NCBI GenBank assembly: GCA_964532415.1
Contig: CAZHHN010000002.1
Location: forward strand, 7,852-71,851
Origin: an uncultured Gammaproteobacteria bacterium
Lineage (GTDB): Bacteria > Patescibacteriota > Patescibacteriia > SG8-24 > DYFX01
Direction: 5' to 3'
DNA: 64,000 nucleotides
The position numbers and the translations under genes are program-made. Of the stretch, positions 36,550 to 46,059 are shown in pieces; positions within the stretch are counted from its first letter, which is position 1; each line of letters opens with the position of its first letter. The notes beneath the pieces were generated by a model. That model ran no database searches, was not told the origin of the DNA, and saw only the letters and a program-made list of their open reading frames with translations.

Positions 36550-38100
36550 TCAGCGCGCACGCTGCATCGGCAGGTCCGAAGCGATCCAGGCGGGCCGGTC
36601 GATCTTGGTGAAGTCGATCGGATCGGTCTCGGTCTTTTCGAAGCCGGGCTTGACGGCCGTCAGATAATACGATCCCGCGCCGACGTGAAAGCTGTAGCGG
36701 CCGCGGGCGTCCGTGAGACGCGTCTCAAGCACTTTGTGATACGGCAGCGAGAGCACGCGCACGACCGCGCCGGAAATCGGGCGGCGGGTATCGATGTCGT
36801 AGACCGTTCCCTGCGAGACTGGCATCGGCGGCTCCGCCAGACGCCTGAAAATTTGGTACAGGAAGACCTGCAGCAGGAAGAGAAGGAAGACCGGCAACCG
36901 CGGAGACACGATCAATGCCACCAAACTCAGACAGGGGCCGGACAGGGCCAGAAAACGGCGCAGCGCTTTTTTATTGCGGACGGACAGCAGCGCGCGCGCT
37001 TCTTCGGGCGGCGCCTCGTCCGGATCGAGCGGCACGTTGAGCGTGAGCGTCCTGCCGTTTTCGGCCGGGGCAATGAGCGTGCCGTGGTAGATCTCCTCGA
37101 ACGCCCCGTCGTCGGATACGTCAGAAAGCGAGAGCGCCGGAAAGACGAAACCGGGCTTGCGCGCCTCGAGGCGATACGTTCCGGCTTTCGGCGTGAAAGC
37201 GAAACGACCGTCCTTGTCGGTCACCTTGGTGGCGACGATGCGTCCGTTCGTGATGTCGATCAGCCGGACGGTCGCCAGATCGATCGGAACTTTGGTCGCC
37301 GCGTTGTAGACCGTGCCCCAACCCTGGCGCCGTCGGCGGCTGAGGAAAAGAAGGGGCTGGACCGCCAGCAGCAGGAGAAACTGACCTGCGCTGGCGAGCG
37401 GCAAAGCGCCTGCCAATGCCGCAACGAGTCCGGCCGCGGTGCCGAGCACCGAAAGCGGAGCGACGACGGTCGCGTTGACGGATTGGACTTCCGGCCGGTC
37501 GGCGACGCGGCGGACCAGCTCGGCGTTCTCCTGGACGGTACCGAAGGCCGCGGCGACCTGCCCGGGCGTCGGCACATAGACCTGCAGCTGGCTGAAGATG
37601 GACACGCCGGCGGCGCCGTTCTCGGAGCCCTCGAAGCCGGTGTCGGTCAGGAGATGCGGACCGGCCGTCAGCTCCCCCGTCGGCGTTTCGAGCGCGAAGG
37701 TCACTTCGTAGCCCGGACAGGCCTTATCGCAGTACCTGCCGTCCTGACGGCGCGAATGATACAGATACGGGACGCCGCCGGGCAGCACGTTGAACGGCAC
37801 GCCCTGCAGATAGATGTTGCCGGACGACAATCCGTTCGCGGTGATGCCGGCATCCGAAATGACCGCGGCGTTTTCCGTGCCGAGTTCGATGCCGAGCGGC
37901 GGCGAGGCCGGGTACTCGGCGTGCTGTTCGAAATAGAGCTCGATGGCGTTCCGGATGGTTCGGACGTCGGCCACCCGTTTGGCGTCGCGCGCCTTCATGC
38001 GCACCGCGTTGTAGGAAACCAGCCCTGCCACGGTCAGCAGGGCCATGATGGTGGTGGTTACCAGCAGTTCGACGAGGGTGAATCCTGTTCGTTTCGTCAT
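36550..38100 (-). CDS. Prepilin-type N-terminal cleavage/methylation domain protein with long C-terminal extension (internal TM helices, two CarboxypepD_reg-like beta-sandwich repeats)
   Basis: MTKRTGFTLVELLVTTTIMALLTVAGLV class-III signal motif. Repeats with TGRIVATKVTDKDGRFAF and RLTDARGRYSFHV. Confidence 0.65.
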   Translation of the reverse strand: MTKRTGFTLVELLVTTTIMALLTVAGLVSYNAVRMKARDAKRVADVRTIRNAIELYFEQHAEYPASPPLGIELGTENAAVISDAGITANGLSSGNIYLQGVPFNVLPGGVPYLYHSRRQDGRYCDKACPGYEVTFALETPTGELTAGPHLLTDTGFEGSENGAAGVSIFSQLQVYVPTPGQVAAAFGTVQENAELVRRVADRPEVQSVNATVVAPLSVLGTAAGLVAALAGALPLASAGQFLLLLAVQPLLFLSRRRRQGWGTVYNAATKVPIDLATVRLIDITNGRIVATKVTDKDGRFAFTPKAGTYRLEARKPGFVFPALSLSDVSDDGAFEEIYHGTLIAPAENGRTLTLNVPLDPDEAPPEEARALLSVRNKKALRRFLALSGPCLSLVALIVSPRLPVFLLFLLQVFLYQIFRRLAEPPMPVSQGTVYDIDTRRPISGAVVRVLSLPYHKVLETRLTDARGRYSFHVGAGSYYLTAVKPGFEKTETDPIDFTKIDRPAWIASDLPMQRAR

Positions 38101-38738
38101 GAAGGCCTGGGGGTCTTGCGGGGATAAGCGCACAGGCGCGCGACCGGACAGTTCCAGCAGCGCGGACGGCCGGGCAGGCAGGTCGAGCGGCCGAATTGCA
38201 CGAAAACGCGGTTGACGTGCAGCCACAAATCTTTCGGCACGAGACGCAGGAGCGCCTGCTCGGTTTCTTCGGGCGTCCCGGCCCGGGTCCAACCGAGGCG
38301 CTCGGCGATGCGGTGCACGTGCACATCGACCGCAATCGCCGGGATTTTGAAAGCATAGCACAGGACGCAATTGGCCGTTTTGCGGCCCACGCCGGGCAGC
38401 GCCATCAGTTCTTCGCGGGTGCGCGGAACCCGGCCGCCGTGCCGCGCGAGCAGCGAGAGCGCAATCCCCTTCACGGAACGGGCCTTGGCGCGATACAAGC
38501 CGATCTCTTTGATGGAAGCGGCGATCGTACCTGGATCGGCGGCGGCCAGCGCAGACAGCGTGGGAAAGGCTGCGCGCAATTTGGGATACACCTTCAGCAC
38601 CTGCTCGTCGCGGGTACGCGCCGAAAGCACCGTGGCGAGCAGCACGTCTTCCGGGCGGTCCAGTTCGACGGCGCCCTTGCTGGGGTAGGCGCGCCGGAGG
38701 ATACCGATCACTTTACGGATCGCTGAGGCCGTTGGCAT
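38097..38738 (-). CDS. nth: Endonuclease III
   Basis: HhH-GPD LPGVGRKTANCVL, FeS cluster CxxxxxxCxxCxxxxxC at C-terminus. Confidence 0.85.
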   Translation of the reverse strand: MPTASAIRKVIGILRRAYPSKGAVELDRPEDVLLATVLSARTRDEQVLKVYPKLRAAFPTLSALAAADPGTIAASIKEIGLYRAKARSVKGIALSLLARHGGRVPRTREELMALPGVGRKTANCVLCYAFKIPAIAVDVHVHRIAERLGWTRAGTPEETEQALLRLVPKDLWLHVNRVFVQFGRSTCLPGRPRCWNCPVARLCAYPRKTPRPS

Positions 38739-39553
38739 GTCGGGCAGTAGACGGCGCCGCGCTGGGCGACGCGGATTTTCCGGAGCGGCGTTCCGCAGCG
38801 GCGGCAGGGTTTTCCTTCACGGCCATAGACCCACAGATGCGGCACGTTGCGGCCCCGCCGCCCGTACAGATCGACGTAATGGTCGGCGGAGGAGCCTTGG
38901 CGTTCCAGGGAACCCCGGAGCGCCTTGAGCGCGCCACGATAGACGCCTTTCAGTTCTTTTTCGGACAGCGAACCGACTTGGCGCTCAGGATGGACCTTCC
39001 CATACCAGACGGCTTCGTCGGCGTAAATGTTGCCGATGCCGGCAATGCAGGTTTGTTCCATGAGCAGCGGCTTGATTTTCTTCGATGGGCGGCCGGTCAC
39101 GCACATTTTGAAGCGCGCGAAGGTGAAAGACGGGTCGAGCGGCTCAGGACCGTACCCCTCCTTATCGAACAGTGCGCGTTCCAAATCTTTCGTCCTGATG
39201 ATTTTCAGGAAGCCGAACTTGCGCACGTCCTCGAACCACAAATCTTCCTTCCCGTTGAGATGGAAGACGACGTGCACATGCTTGGCCGGTTTCTCTCCCG
39301 CGGGCTTCAGCAAATAGGAGCCTGTCATCTTCAGGTGCGTGACGATCGTCCAGCCGTTCGAGAGCTCCAGGAGCAGCAGCTTGGCGCGGCGGCGGACGGC
39401 TTTGAAGGAGGCGCCGCCCGAAGCGTTGATCAGCACCGCGGTGGAAGGACGAATACGGCCGCCGAAACGCGCTTCGATCCCTAAAATCCTGCGCCCTTTC
39501 AGCGCGCGGTCCATCTGGCGGCGCAGCGTTTCGACTTCAGGCAATTCGGGCAT
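38708..39553 (-). CDS. mutM: Formamidopyrimidine-DNA glycosylase (Fpg/MutM/Nei family)
   Basis: MPELPEVE N-terminus. C-terminal zinc finger CRRCGTPL..YCPTCQ. Confidence 0.85.
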   Translation of the reverse strand: MPELPEVETLRRQMDRALKGRRILGIEARFGGRIRPSTAVLINASGGASFKAVRRRAKLLLLELSNGWTIVTHLKMTGSYLLKPAGEKPAKHVHVVFHLNGKEDLWFEDVRKFGFLKIIRTKDLERALFDKEGYGPEPLDPSFTFARFKMCVTGRPSKKIKPLLMEQTCIAGIGNIYADEAVWYGKVHPERQVGSLSEKELKGVYRGALKALRGSLERQGSSADHYVDLYGRRGRNVPHLWVYGREGKPCRRCGTPLRKIRVAQRGAVYCPTCQRPQRSVK

Positions 39554-39595
39554 AGCATGGGCAGTGTAAATGAAAAGACGCCCCGGCGGAAGGCG

Positions 39596-40063
39596 TCATG
39601 ACTCGAACAGATAGCCATAGGCATCGGGATCCGCTCCGGCTTCACCTGCCCATTCGCCGATGGAAAGGCGCGCGATGAGTCTTCTGTGCTGGAGCTGGAA
39701 CACGAGCGCGGCGGCGGGAGCGAATAGCTGGTTGGCGGCCATATCGAGCAGTTCCCAGATATGGACATGGCCGCTCATCTTGTCTGAACGATCTTCCATC
39801 GCCTCCAAGAGCAATTGCGCGTTCACCCACCCGTTCGAAAGCTGCGGCGGCTCCCTGTCGAATACGATCCTTGGACCGGTCATGACCTCCGGATATTCGG
39901 CGGAAAGGCTGACCGCCGTACGCGCGGCACCAGGATCACCATTGAGGCCGTAGTGGATAAAGAATTCCGAGCGCGAACGCAGACGCAGGCTGCCCCGGGA
40001 CGTGACCCTCTCGAACGGGATCGGGATCCGTGATGCGCCGCCCACCTTCATCGTAATGTGCAT
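39596..40063 (-). CDS. Hypothetical protein
   Basis: Strong AGGAGG SD 5 nt before ATG 40063. No recognised motif. Confidence 0.5.
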   Translation of the reverse strand: MHITMKVGGASRIPIPFERVTSRGSLRLRSRSEFFIHYGLNGDPGAARTAVSLSAEYPEVMTGPRIVFDREPPQLSNGWVNAQLLLEAMEDRSDKMSGHVHIWELLDMAANQLFAPAAALVFQLQHRRLIARLSIGEWAGEAGADPDAYGYLFES

Positions 40064-40237
40064 ATCTCCCTCCTGTCGATCTCTTACCCGATTTCGTCCC
40101 ACCCGTCAAGCTTTCGATCCATCGAGCGTCCGTCGGTCAAAAAAGAAGCCCCTTGAGAGAAGACTTCAGAAGCATCCCCCCTCCCCGTAACACAATTCCA
40201 TTGCACCTGTCAAACCTTCATGCCACAATGCCCGCCT

Positions 40238-41263
40238 ATGCGCACCTCGGATTTCGACTACGAACTGCCGGGCGAGCGAATCGCCCAAAAGCCCGCCTCG
40301 CCGCGCGAATCGGCCCGCCTGCTCGTCCTCGATCGGGCACAAAACGCGATCATGCACGCCAAGGTAAAGCGGCTTCCGGAATTCCTGCGGAAGGGCGATG
40401 TGCTGGTCATCAACGTCAGCAAAGTATTTAAGGCTCGCCTGATGGGCCGGTTGGACGATCCGGGCAAAAGCGCGATCGAACTGTTCCTGATCCGGCCCGA
40501 AGGCACGTACTGGCGCGCCTTGGCGAAACCGGGACGCAAGCTCCGGCCGGGTTCGCGTATCGCCGTCGCCGAAGGTTTCGCCGCGACCGTCGCGCGGAAA
40601 GACGCTGACGGTTCGGTGCTGGTCGATTTCGGCAGGCAGCCGGGGAGCGTCGTCCGCCTGGCCGATCGGTGCGGACAGGTGCCGCTCCCCCCGTACATCA
40701 CGCGCGCTCCGCGCGCCACGGAATACCAGACTGTCTACGCCCGCGAGGTCGGTTCGGTGGCCGCGCCGACGGCCGGCTTCCACCTCACCAAAAAGCTCAT
40801 CGCCGGTTTGAAAAAGAAAGGCGTCATCTTTCTCGAAGTGACGCTACACGTCGGGCTCGGCACGTTCCTACCGATCCGGACGGAGGAACTTGGCGCGCAC
40901 GCCATGCACGCCGAATGGGTCGAGATTCCGGCCGCGACGGCGCGCGGCATCGCGCGGGCCAAGGCGGAAGGCCGACGCGTGATCGCGGTCGGCACCACCA
41001 GTGTACGCGCGCTCGAAGGCGCGGCCGCCGCGCTGAACGGAAAGCTGCGCGCCTGGCGCGGCGACGTGAGGCTGTTCATTTCCCCCGGCTTCCGTTTCCG
41101 CATCGCGGATGCGTTGCTGACGAATTTCCATCTGCCGAAATCGACCCTGCTCGTGCTGGTTTCGGCCCTGGCCGGGCGCGAACGCATCCTGCGGGCCTAT
41201 GCCGAAGCAATCGGGAAGAAGTACCGTTTTTACAGCTACGGCGACGCGATGTTGATCATCTAA
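40238..41263 (+). CDS. queA: S-adenosylmethionine:tRNA ribosyltransferase-isomerase
   Basis: MRTSDFDYELPGERIAQKP QueA N-terminus, PLPPYI, GTTSVRALE. 341 aa. Confidence 0.85.
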   Translation: MRTSDFDYELPGERIAQKPASPRESARLLVLDRAQNAIMHAKVKRLPEFLRKGDVLVINVSKVFKARLMGRLDDPGKSAIELFLIRPEGTYWRALAKPGRKLRPGSRIAVAEGFAATVARKDADGSVLVDFGRQPGSVVRLADRCGQVPLPPYITRAPRATEYQTVYAREVGSVAAPTAGFHLTKKLIAGLKKKGVIFLEVTLHVGLGTFLPIRTEELGAHAMHAEWVEIPAATARGIARAKAEGRRVIAVGTTSVRALEGAAAALNGKLRAWRGDVRLFISPGFRFRIADALLTNFHLPKSTLLVLVSALAGRERILRAYAEAIGKKYRFYSYGDAMLII

Positions 41264-41344
41264 AGCTGACCGATCCGGCGATATTGACGACCGGAATCAG
41301 GCATGATCAGATGTGAGCAGGACATTCACATTGCGAGGCGCCGC

Positions 41345-41839
41345 ATGAAACCGCTCTCAACCGACGACATGGCCCGCTTGGCCGATCGCATGTTCCCAGA
41401 TGATGCGCAGCTCATGGCATTCCACGCCGTCCACGAAATCCGCAACGGAAAATTGCATCGTATCTGCCTGAAAGGGAGATCCGACATGGCCGACGATCCG
41501 GAAGCGGAAATTGTCGCATTCATCGGCCGGGGCCATCTGAGCGAAAATTGCATGTCTTTCCGCGTCTTCACACCGAGTCCTCAACGAGAACGGGTCGCGG
41601 AGGAATTGACCGCATGGGCGCGCACATTGCCAGCAGCCGACCCCGATCCGAATCACAGAATTTCAACCACGCTCCATGTTGCGGCCTTGCTGGCAGTGAT
41701 CGAACTGCCGGACGGTCAGCTCGGATGTTTCCTGTACCGACATCCCGAGGTAGACGAGCATGAGGTTGGTCCACTTGTCCGATTGGCGCTGGACCACTAC
41801 GAGCGGCGAGACGCAGAAAAGGCCGCCAACGCATGCTGA
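41345..41839 (+). CDS. Orphan acidic protein, paralog of next gene (YRHP..EH motif)
   Basis: GCGAGG SD. Shares DDPEAEIVAFIG and FLYRHPEVDEHEV with downstream paralog. Confidence 0.5.
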   Translation: MKPLSTDDMARLADRMFPDDAQLMAFHAVHEIRNGKLHRICLKGRSDMADDPEAEIVAFIGRGHLSENCMSFRVFTPSPQRERVAEELTAWARTLPAADPDPNHRISTTLHVAALLAVIELPDGQLGCFLYRHPEVDEHEVGPLVRLALDHYERRDAEKAANAC

Positions 41840-41861
41840 GCGGGAGAAAGGATGGCTTGAC

Positions 41862-42428
41862 ATGAAAACGCCGGACGGCATCGCGATCTATCGATCCGCC
41901 AACACATACTTCCCTCCGAGCCCAGAGTTGGCAGACTTCAACCTGGACGCCGAGATCGGACTTGGCCTCTTGACTCGGATGGTCGGACCGGAGATCCCGA
42001 ACGATGCTGAAGCAGTCATCGCCGTGGGTCAAGTTGATTTCCTTCTTTCGCAGGAAGACGAACCAGAAGGAAATGAGGGCGCCAGGGTGGAAGAATACTA
42101 TTCCATCTTGATGGAAGACGGACCAGATCCAGCGACGAGGGATGCCGACTGGAGAAGCCTGAAGCGGGCGATTCTGGACCTCTCGAGCCCTACTCCCGAA
42201 GAACCAGAGCACGTTTGCATCGATCTCGAACCCGCGCATACGCTGGCCGCGGTCGTCGTCTGGCGGTCTCCGACGGAGGGCGCGATTATTGCCACCTATC
42301 GGCATCCGCACATACCGGAGCACCAGGCATGCATGACCCTGAAGCAGCTGCTTGTGCACATCGAGACGGAAGACGCGCACGCCGCTGCCTTGAGAACAGC
42401 CACTTCGCCCGAGCCTCTCTTGGATTGA
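41862..42428 (+). CDS. Orphan acidic protein, paralog of previous gene
   Basis: GGGAGAAAGGA SD. NDAEAVIAVGQV and ATYRHPHIPEHQA align with upstream paralog. Confidence 0.5.
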   Translation: MKTPDGIAIYRSANTYFPPSPELADFNLDAEIGLGLLTRMVGPEIPNDAEAVIAVGQVDFLLSQEDEPEGNEGARVEEYYSILMEDGPDPATRDADWRSLKRAILDLSSPTPEEPEHVCIDLEPAHTLAAVVVWRSPTEGAIIATYRHPHIPEHQACMTLKQLLVHIETEDAHAAALRTATSPEPLLD

Positions 42429-42450
42429 ACGCCTCCTCAAAGGGCGTTTT

Positions 42451-43608
42451 TTATTCCACGATCCATCCCTTCTTGAATTCCAAGAAACGATCCTCGAGAA
42501 TGGCGGCGCGCATCCGGCGCATCAGTTCGAGCAGGAAATGCAGGTTATGGATCGTCGCCAAGCGGAAGTAGGCGATCTCGCCGGTCAGGAAGAGATGGCG
42601 CAGATAGGCGCGCGAATGGCGCGCGCAGGTGGAACAGGCGCATTCCTCGTCGATCGGACCGGCATCGCGTTCAAAGCGCTTGTTGCCGATTTCGATCCGG
42701 TATTTCCGGCCGCGGCCGGCCAACCGGTTGAAGAGCGCGCCGTTCCGGGCCACGCGGCTCGGACTGACGCAGTCGAACATGTCGACGCCGAGCTCCACCA
42801 CATTGAAGAGATCCTCCGGCGAAAGGCCGACGCCCATCGTGTAACGGGCCTGGTGCGGAGGCATCAGGTCCGAGATCCATCCGAGGATCTCGCGCGTCCG
42901 GGCCATGTCGTAGCCGACCGATTCTCCGCCGACGGCAAACCCATCGAACGGCCGCGCGGCGACGAACTCCGCGGACGCGCGCCGCAGAGCGCGGTGCACT
43001 CCGCCCTGGACGATGCCGAACAGCTGCTGGCGGTGCGGCGGAGCGGCAGCCCGATCTTTCATCGCTTCCAGGCAGCGGTCGGCCCAGCGATGGGTGCGCT
43101 CCATGGCGGCGACCGCCTCCTCTTCGGAAGCCGAATCGCGCGTGCACTGGTCGAACGCCATGATGATGTCGGCGCCGAGCTTCTGCTGGACGCGGATCGC
43201 CTCTTCCGGCGTGAAACGGTGGCGGGAGCCGTCGAGGTGCGAGGTGAACGTGACGCCGTCCTCGTCGATCTTCACCAGCGAGCCGTGCGATCCGCTTTTG
43301 ACGTCGAGCGAAAAAACCTGGTAGCCGCCCGAATCCGTCAAAACGGCGCGGTTCCAATGCTGGAAGCGGTGCGCGCCGCCGAGGTCGCGGACCAGGTCCT
43401 CGCCCGGGCGCAGATGCAGATGATAGGTGTTATTGAGGAGAATCTGCGCGCCCAAAGCCTCCATGTCGGCGGCGTCCAGCGATTTGACCGTCGCCTGCGT
43501 GCCGACCGGCATGAAGACCGGCGTCTCGACATCGCCGTGATCGGTGGAAATGACGCCGGCACGGGCGCCGGAACGCGCGTCCCGATGGACGAGAGTGAAA
43601 TTTTTCAT
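42451..43608 (-). CDS. tgt: Queuine/tRNA-guanine transglycosylase
   Basis: VFMPVGTQATVK, LTDSGGYQ, Zn site CxCxxC..H (ECACSTCARHSRAYLRHL). 385 aa. Confidence 0.85.
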   Translation of the reverse strand: MKNFTLVHRDARSGARAGVISTDHGDVETPVFMPVGTQATVKSLDAADMEALGAQILLNNTYHLHLRPGEDLVRDLGGAHRFQHWNRAVLTDSGGYQVFSLDVKSGSHGSLVKIDEDGVTFTSHLDGSRHRFTPEEAIRVQQKLGADIIMAFDQCTRDSASEEEAVAAMERTHRWADRCLEAMKDRAAAPPHRQQLFGIVQGGVHRALRRASAEFVAARPFDGFAVGGESVGYDMARTREILGWISDLMPPHQARYTMGVGLSPEDLFNVVELGVDMFDCVSPSRVARNGALFNRLAGRGRKYRIEIGNKRFERDAGPIDEECACSTCARHSRAYLRHLFLTGEIAYFRLATIHNLHFLLELMRRMRAAILEDRFLEFKKGWIVE

Positions 43609-43646
43609 AGCGGTTCGCTTCATTCTGGAATGAAAAACGCCCGCGG

Positions 43647-44276
43647 TCAAACGGGCGATGAGTCCTGCCGGAGCGTCTCGATCGTGCTCCGAAACTGCTC
43701 TTCCAGTTCCGTGTCCGTGCGCGGACGAGTCTGAAGGCTCGGAACCGCCTGCGCGCACCATTGCAGATGATACCTTTGGGCCGACTTCGTGGTACAGGTG
43801 TGCCAGATGGCCGCTTCGGCTTCCGGTGCGGAAGGGTCGGCCCAACGCAGGAGATCGGCCAGCCGCATGCCGTTGTTCATACGAACGATTTGGCGGGCGG
43901 TCGCGACCGTCCACTGGTGCCGCCACGCATGGATTTCTGCGCGGTCACCGATCCAGAAGCTTCCTTTTTCCGACAAGATATGCGCGCCTTCCGGCACATT
44001 CGCCGGCGGCGCGCCGAGGCGCACGCATTCCATGGCGAACTTCTTTCCGACCCAGCCGGCCACCCATCGATGATCGCAAGCGGATACATGGACGTCGAGT
44101 GGCGAGATGTCGCGGGCGCCGATAGGGTTTTTATACAGCGCGGCAAGTTCTTGGTCGCTGACGATCCTTTGCCGATGACCGCACACGTGATTGCAGCCGT
44201 CGTCGGACCGGACGATGAACGGCACGATGGCGTATGACTTCCGATCGGGACGATCCGCAAGCGCGAGAAGGTGCAT
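43647..44276 (-). CDS. Hypothetical Cys/His-rich protein upstream of tgt
   Basis: GGAGGA SD 4 nt before ATG 44276. Motifs DDGCNHVCGH, SACDHRW, HAWRHQW. No family recognised. Confidence 0.5.
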   Translation of the reverse strand: MHLLALADRPDRKSYAIVPFIVRSDDGCNHVCGHRQRIVSDQELAALYKNPIGARDISPLDVHVSACDHRWVAGWVGKKFAMECVRLGAPPANVPEGAHILSEKGSFWIGDRAEIHAWRHQWTVATARQIVRMNNGMRLADLLRWADPSAPEAEAAIWHTCTTKSAQRYHLQWCAQAVPSLQTRPRTDTELEEQFRSTIETLRQDSSPV

Positions 44277-44325
44277 GAGTTCCTCCGCCGCGAGCCTAGC
44301 ATCATTCGTCCGGATTGCCAATACC

Positions 44326-44354
44326 GGAAACCCGCGCAGTGGGCGCGGGTTTCA
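44326..44354. terminator. 10-bp GC-rich hairpin after surface-protein gene
   Basis: AAACCCGCGC-AGTGG-GCGCGGGTTT. Confidence 0.5.
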
Positions 44355-44361
44355 GACATCC

Positions 44362-45231
44362 TCAGGTGTGGGGCGGAACGGGCGGAGGCACATCGGGCGG
44401 CGATGTCCGGCTCTGTCTCCAGGAGCGGCGCACCCTCCAAAGGGCGACCCCGCCGATCAGCAGGATCCACCAATAGCAGAGGAACCAGCCCCAGAACCAT
44501 GGGCAGCCGGCGGACGAGACAAGCGGAGTCGTGGTTGCCGGAAGGGCGGGGACGGAAGGCGTCGCAGAAGCATCCGAAACCTCTTCGGCATCGGTCGCAC
44601 TGCCGGTTCCGGTTGGTGGGGCGACGGATGCGGGCGGGGTGACGGACCCCGGCGGCTTGGTGCCGGGAGTATCGCGTCCGCAGGAACGGCTGGTCGGCGG
44701 GGACGGCGTGACGACGTCCGGACAATTGAAGCTCATGACGCATTCGCGGGTCTGGGTTCCGGCGCCCGTACACGGACCCCAGTCGGTACAGTTCCAGATA
44801 TCCTCCGTGCAGCGCTGGGGTGGAGGCGTCGCCGACGGCCCAAGGTCGTCGTAGGCGATCGTGCAAACGGCGGTTTGGCCGTCTTCAAGGGTGCCGGAAC
44901 ACGCGCCGCTCATCGCAACGGTATAGTGCGAATCCTGCGCGGCAGCCACCGCATACGGGCCGTTGTCCAAGATGACGTACGCTCCCAGCGCGCCGGCACC
45001 CGTCACCGCGATCTTTCGAGTGCCGGTCGACACGAGAGCGGTGAAATCCGCAGGGCCCTTGCTGCCGTGATCGTCATTGATGACGTTTGTGATGATCGAA
45101 ACGGTCGGCGGCGGCTTGTTACCGCCTCCCCCGGTCAGCCCGCCATCGTCCGCGGCGAAGGCGGGGCGAAAGGACAGGAAGCCGGACAGCAGGAAGACGG
45201 CCGAAATCAGGAAAATGAAACGGCGGCGCAT
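44362..45231 (-). CDS. Secreted Pro/Thr/Cys-rich cell-surface protein with C-terminal TM anchor
   Basis: Signal peptide MRRRFIFLISAVFLLSGFLSFRPAFA. PT-rich linkers, 12 Cys. C-terminal WFWGWFLCYWWILLIGGVALW TM. Confidence 0.6.
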   Translation of the reverse strand: MRRRFIFLISAVFLLSGFLSFRPAFAADDGGLTGGGGNKPPPTVSIITNVINDDHGSKGPADFTALVSTGTRKIAVTGAGALGAYVILDNGPYAVAAAQDSHYTVAMSGACSGTLEDGQTAVCTIAYDDLGPSATPPPQRCTEDIWNCTDWGPCTGAGTQTRECVMSFNCPDVVTPSPPTSRSCGRDTPGTKPPGSVTPPASVAPPTGTGSATDAEEVSDASATPSVPALPATTTPLVSSAGCPWFWGWFLCYWWILLIGGVALWRVRRSWRQSRTSPPDVPPPVPPHT

Positions 45232-45295
45232 GACGGCAAAAAGGAATTAACGTACGGACAGAGTACGGAAATTCAAACAGGGCGTCAAGCTTAGC

Positions 45296-45625
45296 CTATC
45301 GGTTTTTCCGTGCCCGGAGCCGATCGGCAGCCTCGTTCCAACCTTCCTTCAACTCGTCCGACAGGTCGGCGAGTTCCCGCTTGGTCAGCATCTTCATGTT
45401 TTTATATTCGGCCAGGACCGCATCGACGATTTTCGCATACGATTTCTTGGAAACGCCGCCCAGCTTCCTGGCGTGGGCCAGCACGTGCGCCTTGGCATCC
45501 TCGGCCGCCGTCTTGAGCAGCCGGGCCTTTTTGTTCTTTTTCAGGAGATGCGCAAAAGCCACGACGGCGGTGACGAGCGTCGCAGCGGCGATCCCCTTAC
45601 CGAGCGTCTTCTTAAGGCCAGCCAT
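45296..45625 (-). CDS. Small YtxH-like membrane/coiled-coil protein
   Basis: N-terminal hydrophobic GIAAATLVTAVVAFAHLL then charged helix. Table start is TTG, so ATG 45625 used. Confidence 0.4.
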   Translation of the reverse strand: MAGLKKTLGKGIAAATLVTAVVAFAHLLKKNKKARLLKTAAEDAKAHVLAHARKLGGVSKKSYAKIVDAVLAEYKNMKMLTKRELADLSDELKEGWNEAADRLRARKNR

Positions 45626-45682
45626 AGGATTGAGATCAGGTAAATTAGCTCTGTCCAAGAGACGTCGATTCGCCCCGCTTCC

Positions 45683-45994
45683 TTACAGCTTCGCCATCGC
45701 CGCGGCGAACTCGGCATCGGTCGCCTGTTCCCCTTCGAGCCCGGCGAACGGGTGTGCCTGCCAGTACGGCAGGCCCTTCATGTTCCGGCGGGTCAGCCGT
45801 TCGGCCAAAGCGCGATCGCCTCCGGTCGCCGCTTCGGCGAAAAATTCGACGCCGCCGCGGAAGACGTCCTCGCCGCTCTTCACTTTCCCGTCTGCCGAAT
45901 CGAATTTGCAGACCGGTCCTTCCGGAAGTTCCAGGCCGATGTCGCCGACATGATTGCCTTCAAAGGGCATGCCGCAAGTGATGCAGGATTTCAT
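45683..45994 (-). CDS. Zinc-ribbon domain protein
   Basis: CITCGMP..PVCKFD CxxC-x19-CxxD pattern. Confidence 0.45.
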   Translation of the reverse strand: MKSCITCGMPFEGNHVGDIGLELPEGPVCKFDSADGKVKSGEDVFRGGVEFFAEAATGGDRALAERLTRRNMKGLPYWQAHPFAGLEGEQATDAEFAAAMAKL

Positions 45995-46059
45995 ATGCGC
46001 GCAGTATACAACAACACTCCCCGGAGAGGGAGTGAGTGCGCGACAGGCATGCCATCGGT

